NCBI GenBank assembly: GCA_963700145.1
Contig: OY969474.1
Coordinates: 4,960,001 to 5,024,000 of the forward strand
Direction of reading: 5' to 3'
Source of the DNA: an uncultured Acidobacteriota bacterium
GTDB lineage: Bacteria; Acidobacteriota; Thermoanaerobaculia; Multivoradales; UBA5704
DNA: 64,000 nt
Positions 61,526 to 64,000 of this stretch are shown piece by piece. A program made the position numbers and the translations under genes. Position 1 is the stretch's first letter. Each line of letters begins with the position of its first letter. The notes beneath the pieces are model-generated. The model had not been told where the DNA came from. It was given only the letters and a program-made list of their open reading frames with translations, and did not search any database.

Positions 61526-62392
61526 TCAGACTGGACGCGGTCGCGCGTCCAGCCAGGTCTTCGTCGCCGTCGCCGCGAGGATCAGGACGCCGCCGGCGAG
61601 CGACCAGCCCCCCGGCCGCTCGCCGTGCGCGAGCCAGGCCCAGATCGGGTTGAGCACCGGCTCGAGCAGCAGCAGGAGCGAAGCCTCGAAGGCGGGGACG
61701 CGGGTCAGCGCGCGAGTGAGGAAGAAGTAGGCCAGCCCGACCTGCACGACGCCGAGGAAGGCGACGCCCGCCCAGTCGCCGCCGTCCGCTCCCGCCAGCG
61801 GCAGCGCCAGCGGCAGGCAGGCGAAGGCGGTCAGCGCGTTGCCCGCCAGCGCCGCTCCCGCCGCCGCGCCGCTGCCGCCCTCCCGCCCCAGCGCCCGCAG
61901 CCCCATCACCGTCAGCGCCCAGGTCAGGCCAGCCGCCGCGGCGAGGACGTTGCCGAGCAGCGGCCGCGGGGCGGTGGCGGAGGCGCGGTCGAGGCCGAGG
62001 AAGAAGAAGGCCATCCCCACCGCCAGCGCCGCCATCAGCCCGAGGTCGGAGCGGCGGACGCGCTCGCGCAGCAGCCAGGGGGCGAGGAGGAGGACGTAGA
62101 GCGGCGCCGTCGACTGCAGGAAGATGGCGCTCGCCGCGGTGGTCAGCTTGTTGGCCTGGACGAAGAGGACGAGCGTCGCGGCGTAGGCGACGCCCACGGC
62201 GGCGGCGTGCCGCGAGAGGCCGCGACGGCTCTCCGGCATCAGGAGGAGGACGGTGAGCGCGGCGAGGCCGGAGCGCAGCGACGCCACCTGCCACCCCGTG
62301 AGGTCGATCGCCTTGATGACCGCCCCGCCGGTCGAGAAGAGGGCCGCCGCCGCCAGCACGCCGAGCCGTCCCGAGGCGGCGGTCGCACGCAT
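61526..62392 (-). CDS. EamA/DMT transporter
   Basis: About ten TM helices; STAPLYV, LLRER, LEPVLNPIW and GERP. Confidence 0.9.
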   Translation of the reverse strand: MRATAASGRLGVLAAAALFSTGGAVIKAIDLTGWQVASLRSGLAALTVLLLMPESRRGLSRHAAAVGVAYAATLVLFVQANKLTTAASAIFLQSTAPLYVLLLAPWLLRERVRRSDLGLMAALAVGMAFFFLGLDRASATAPRPLLGNVLAAAAGLTWALTVMGLRALGREGGSGAAAGAALAGNALTAFACLPLALPLAGADGGDWAGVAFLGVVQVGLAYFFLTRALTRVPAFEASLLLLLEPVLNPIWAWLAHGERPGGWSLAGGVLILAATATKTWLDARPRPV

Positions 62393-62472
62393 CGGGGGGA
62401 GAATATCCCCCCGTGCTACGATTCCACGATCCGTCGGAACGTCGCCGCGCCGGCCCCCAACCCATTGCAACG

Positions 62473-63345
62473 ATGAGGAGTCCCATCCCGGTCTGCTGCG
62501 CGCTGCTCGCGCTCACCGCCCTTCCCGGCGCCGCCCAGACCGCCTACTCCGTCAAGTCCGACGTCGACGACAACCTCTACTCCGTCGAGCTGCTCAGCGG
62601 CCGCACGCGGCGGATCGGCGCCACCGGCTTCGGCGACGTCGAGTCGCTGGCCTTCAACCGCGGTTGCGCGACGCTCTACGGCATCGACGACGTCAAGGAC
62701 GTCCTGGTGCGCTGCAACGTCACGACCGGCGGCTGCACCCAGGTCGGCGCGCTGCGGGTGGACGTCACCGACACCGGCCTCGCCTTCGCCGCCGACGGCA
62801 AGCTCTACATGTCCACCGACGCCCCCAACCCCCCGCGGCTCTACCAGATCGACGTGCCGAGCGGCCGCGCCGACCTGCTCGGCGAGCAGGGGACCCCCGT
62901 CACCGGCCTCGCCGGCGGCTTTCCCCGCACCGGCTGTCCTTCCGGTCTCTACGGGCTCGGGGGCGACACCGATCCCGCCGCCGGCAAGCCCGGGCGGCTC
63001 TACTGCCTCGACACCTCCCGCGGCGGCGCCACCGCCATCGGGCCGCTGGGGACCGTCGACCCGGTTGACGGCGGCCTCGACGCCGCGGGGTCGGGGACCC
63101 TGTGGGGGCTCGACGACCAGGGGACGATCTTCTCGGTCGACCGCACCAGCGGCCGCGCCACGGTGGTCCAGCGCGCCGACGCGGCGCGCCGCGGCTTCGA
63201 GGGGCTGGCCATCGCCGACGGCGTCTGCGCCGCCGAGGCGCCGGCCGAGATCCCGGCCGCCGGCCCCACGGCCCTGGCCGCCCTCGCCGCCGCCCTCGCC
63301 ACGCTCGGCGCCCTCCTCCTGCAGCGCCGCCGCGCCGCCGGCTGA
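62473..63345 (+). CDS. Secreted beta-propeller-like protein with an IPTL-CTERM-like sorting tail
   Basis: Signal peptide, SLAF/GLAF repeats and C-terminal EIPAAG-TM-RRR. Confidence 0.75.
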   Translation: MRSPIPVCCALLALTALPGAAQTAYSVKSDVDDNLYSVELLSGRTRRIGATGFGDVESLAFNRGCATLYGIDDVKDVLVRCNVTTGGCTQVGALRVDVTDTGLAFAADGKLYMSTDAPNPPRLYQIDVPSGRADLLGEQGTPVTGLAGGFPRTGCPSGLYGLGGDTDPAAGKPGRLYCLDTSRGGATAIGPLGTVDPVDGGLDAAGSGTLWGLDDQGTIFSVDRTSGRATVVQRADAARRGFEGLAIADGVCAAEAPAEIPAAGPTALAALAAALATLGALLLQRRRAAG

Positions 63346-63364
63346 AGCTCCGAAAAGCCCCAGC

Positions 63365-63394
63365 CGTGGTGGTCGGCGGAAAGCCCGACCACTA
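63365..63394. terminator. Hairpin after the secreted-protein gene (terminator or REP-like)
   Basis: GTGGTGGTCGG-N8-CCGACCACTAC; no U tract; reads GTAG plus palindrome on the minus strand. Confidence 0.35.
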
Positions 63395-63489
63395 CCCCTA
63401 GCTTGCCGTAAACCCCGATCCGCGCTAACATTTTTCCGGTTCGAGCCCCCAACTCAGTGAGCGTCAGCCAGGAGGCGATCCGGCCCGCG

Positions 63490-64000
63490 ATGCCCCAGCC
63501 CGACAGACAGAAGAAGGTCTTCGTCCTCGACACGTCGGTCATCCTCTACGACTTCAACGCCCTCCAGAGCTTCCATGAGCACGACGTCGCCATCCCCATC
63601 ACCGTCCTCGAAGAGCTCGACCAGTTCAAGAAAGGCAACGCGGTCGTCAACCTGCAGGCGCGGGAGTTCATCCGCCAGCTCGATGCCCTCTCCGGCAAGA
63701 GCCTGCTCGGCACCTGGATCCCGCTCGACGGCCCTACCCGCGGCCGCTTCCGGGTGATCACCGAGGACGAGGGCGGGGCCGACGCCGGCGCCGTCTTCGG
63801 CACTCGCAAGGCCGACCACCGCATCCTCAACGCCGCCCTCGCCCTCTCCCGCGCCGAGACCAAGCGGCGCGTCATCCTGGTCAGCAAGGACATCAACCTG
63901 CGCCTGAAGGCGCGGGCGCTGAACCTGCCGGCCGAGGACTACGAGAGCGTCAAGATCAAGGACGTCGACCACCTCTACAAGGGGAAGGCCGAGCTGGAGG
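63490..64000 (+). CDS. PIN-domain protein, probably PIN-PhoH (partial)
   Basis: Manual translation: KVFVLDTSVILYD, IPITVLEELDQFKKG, ADHRIL, VSKDINLRLKA and AEDY. Confidence 0.88.
   Translation, partial: MPQPDRQKKVFVLDTSVILYDFNALQSFHEHDVAIPITVLEELDQFKKGNAVVNLQAREFIRQLDALSGKSLLGTWIPLDGPTRGRFRVITEDEGGADAGAVFGTRKADHRILNAALALSRAETKRRVILVSKDINLRLKARALNLPAEDYESVKIKDVDHLYKGKAELE

Overview
High-GC bacterial chromosomal window; the gene styles suggest Acidobacteriota, possibly Thermoanaerobaculia (inference only). I recognised no rRNA, tRNA, CRISPR array, integrase or transposase. (1) 1-25.3 kb is a co-oriented minus-strand biosynthetic region of about 19 genes, the best candidate for an undescribed system. 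It holds ACP, ketosynthase, a Cys-less KS/chain-length-factor partner, an HMG-CoA-reductase-like enzyme, a flavin halogenase and a carotenoid oxygenase. A second unit follows with ACP2, HMGR-like 2, a CrtI-like oxidoreductase, an SDR-acyltransferase fusion, an ABC1/UbiB kinase plus pseudokinase, SnoaL and AOC/dirigent-like barrel proteins, a haloalkane-dehalogenase fusion, an MBL hydrolase and a patatin. Three proteins share an unrecognised N-terminal S[FY]SWAMSL[FL]G domain that may act as a targeting or assembly tag. (2) 25.5-30.2 kb: HExxH protein, EamA-GSDH fusion carrying an in-frame palindrome, GspE/PilB ATPase. (3) 30.2-33.8 kb: decayed accessory islet with XRE regulators, frameshifted mscS, hicBA, an orphan phd, a 20-bp tandem array and a degenerate tyrS fragment. 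(4) 33.8-47 kb: PilZ, tyrS, M23 peptidase, suhB, BON protein, fdhD, ku-ligD and an L,D-transpeptidase. (5) 47-58.8 kb: glycosyl- and methyltransferases interleaved with a ribA/ribD-like/Zn-ADH/PTPS cluster. (6) 58.8-64 kb: lectin-bearing multicopper oxidase, EamA, an IPTL-CTERM-like protein and a partial PIN-PhoH gene. All calls come from reading motifs by eye; no searches were run.
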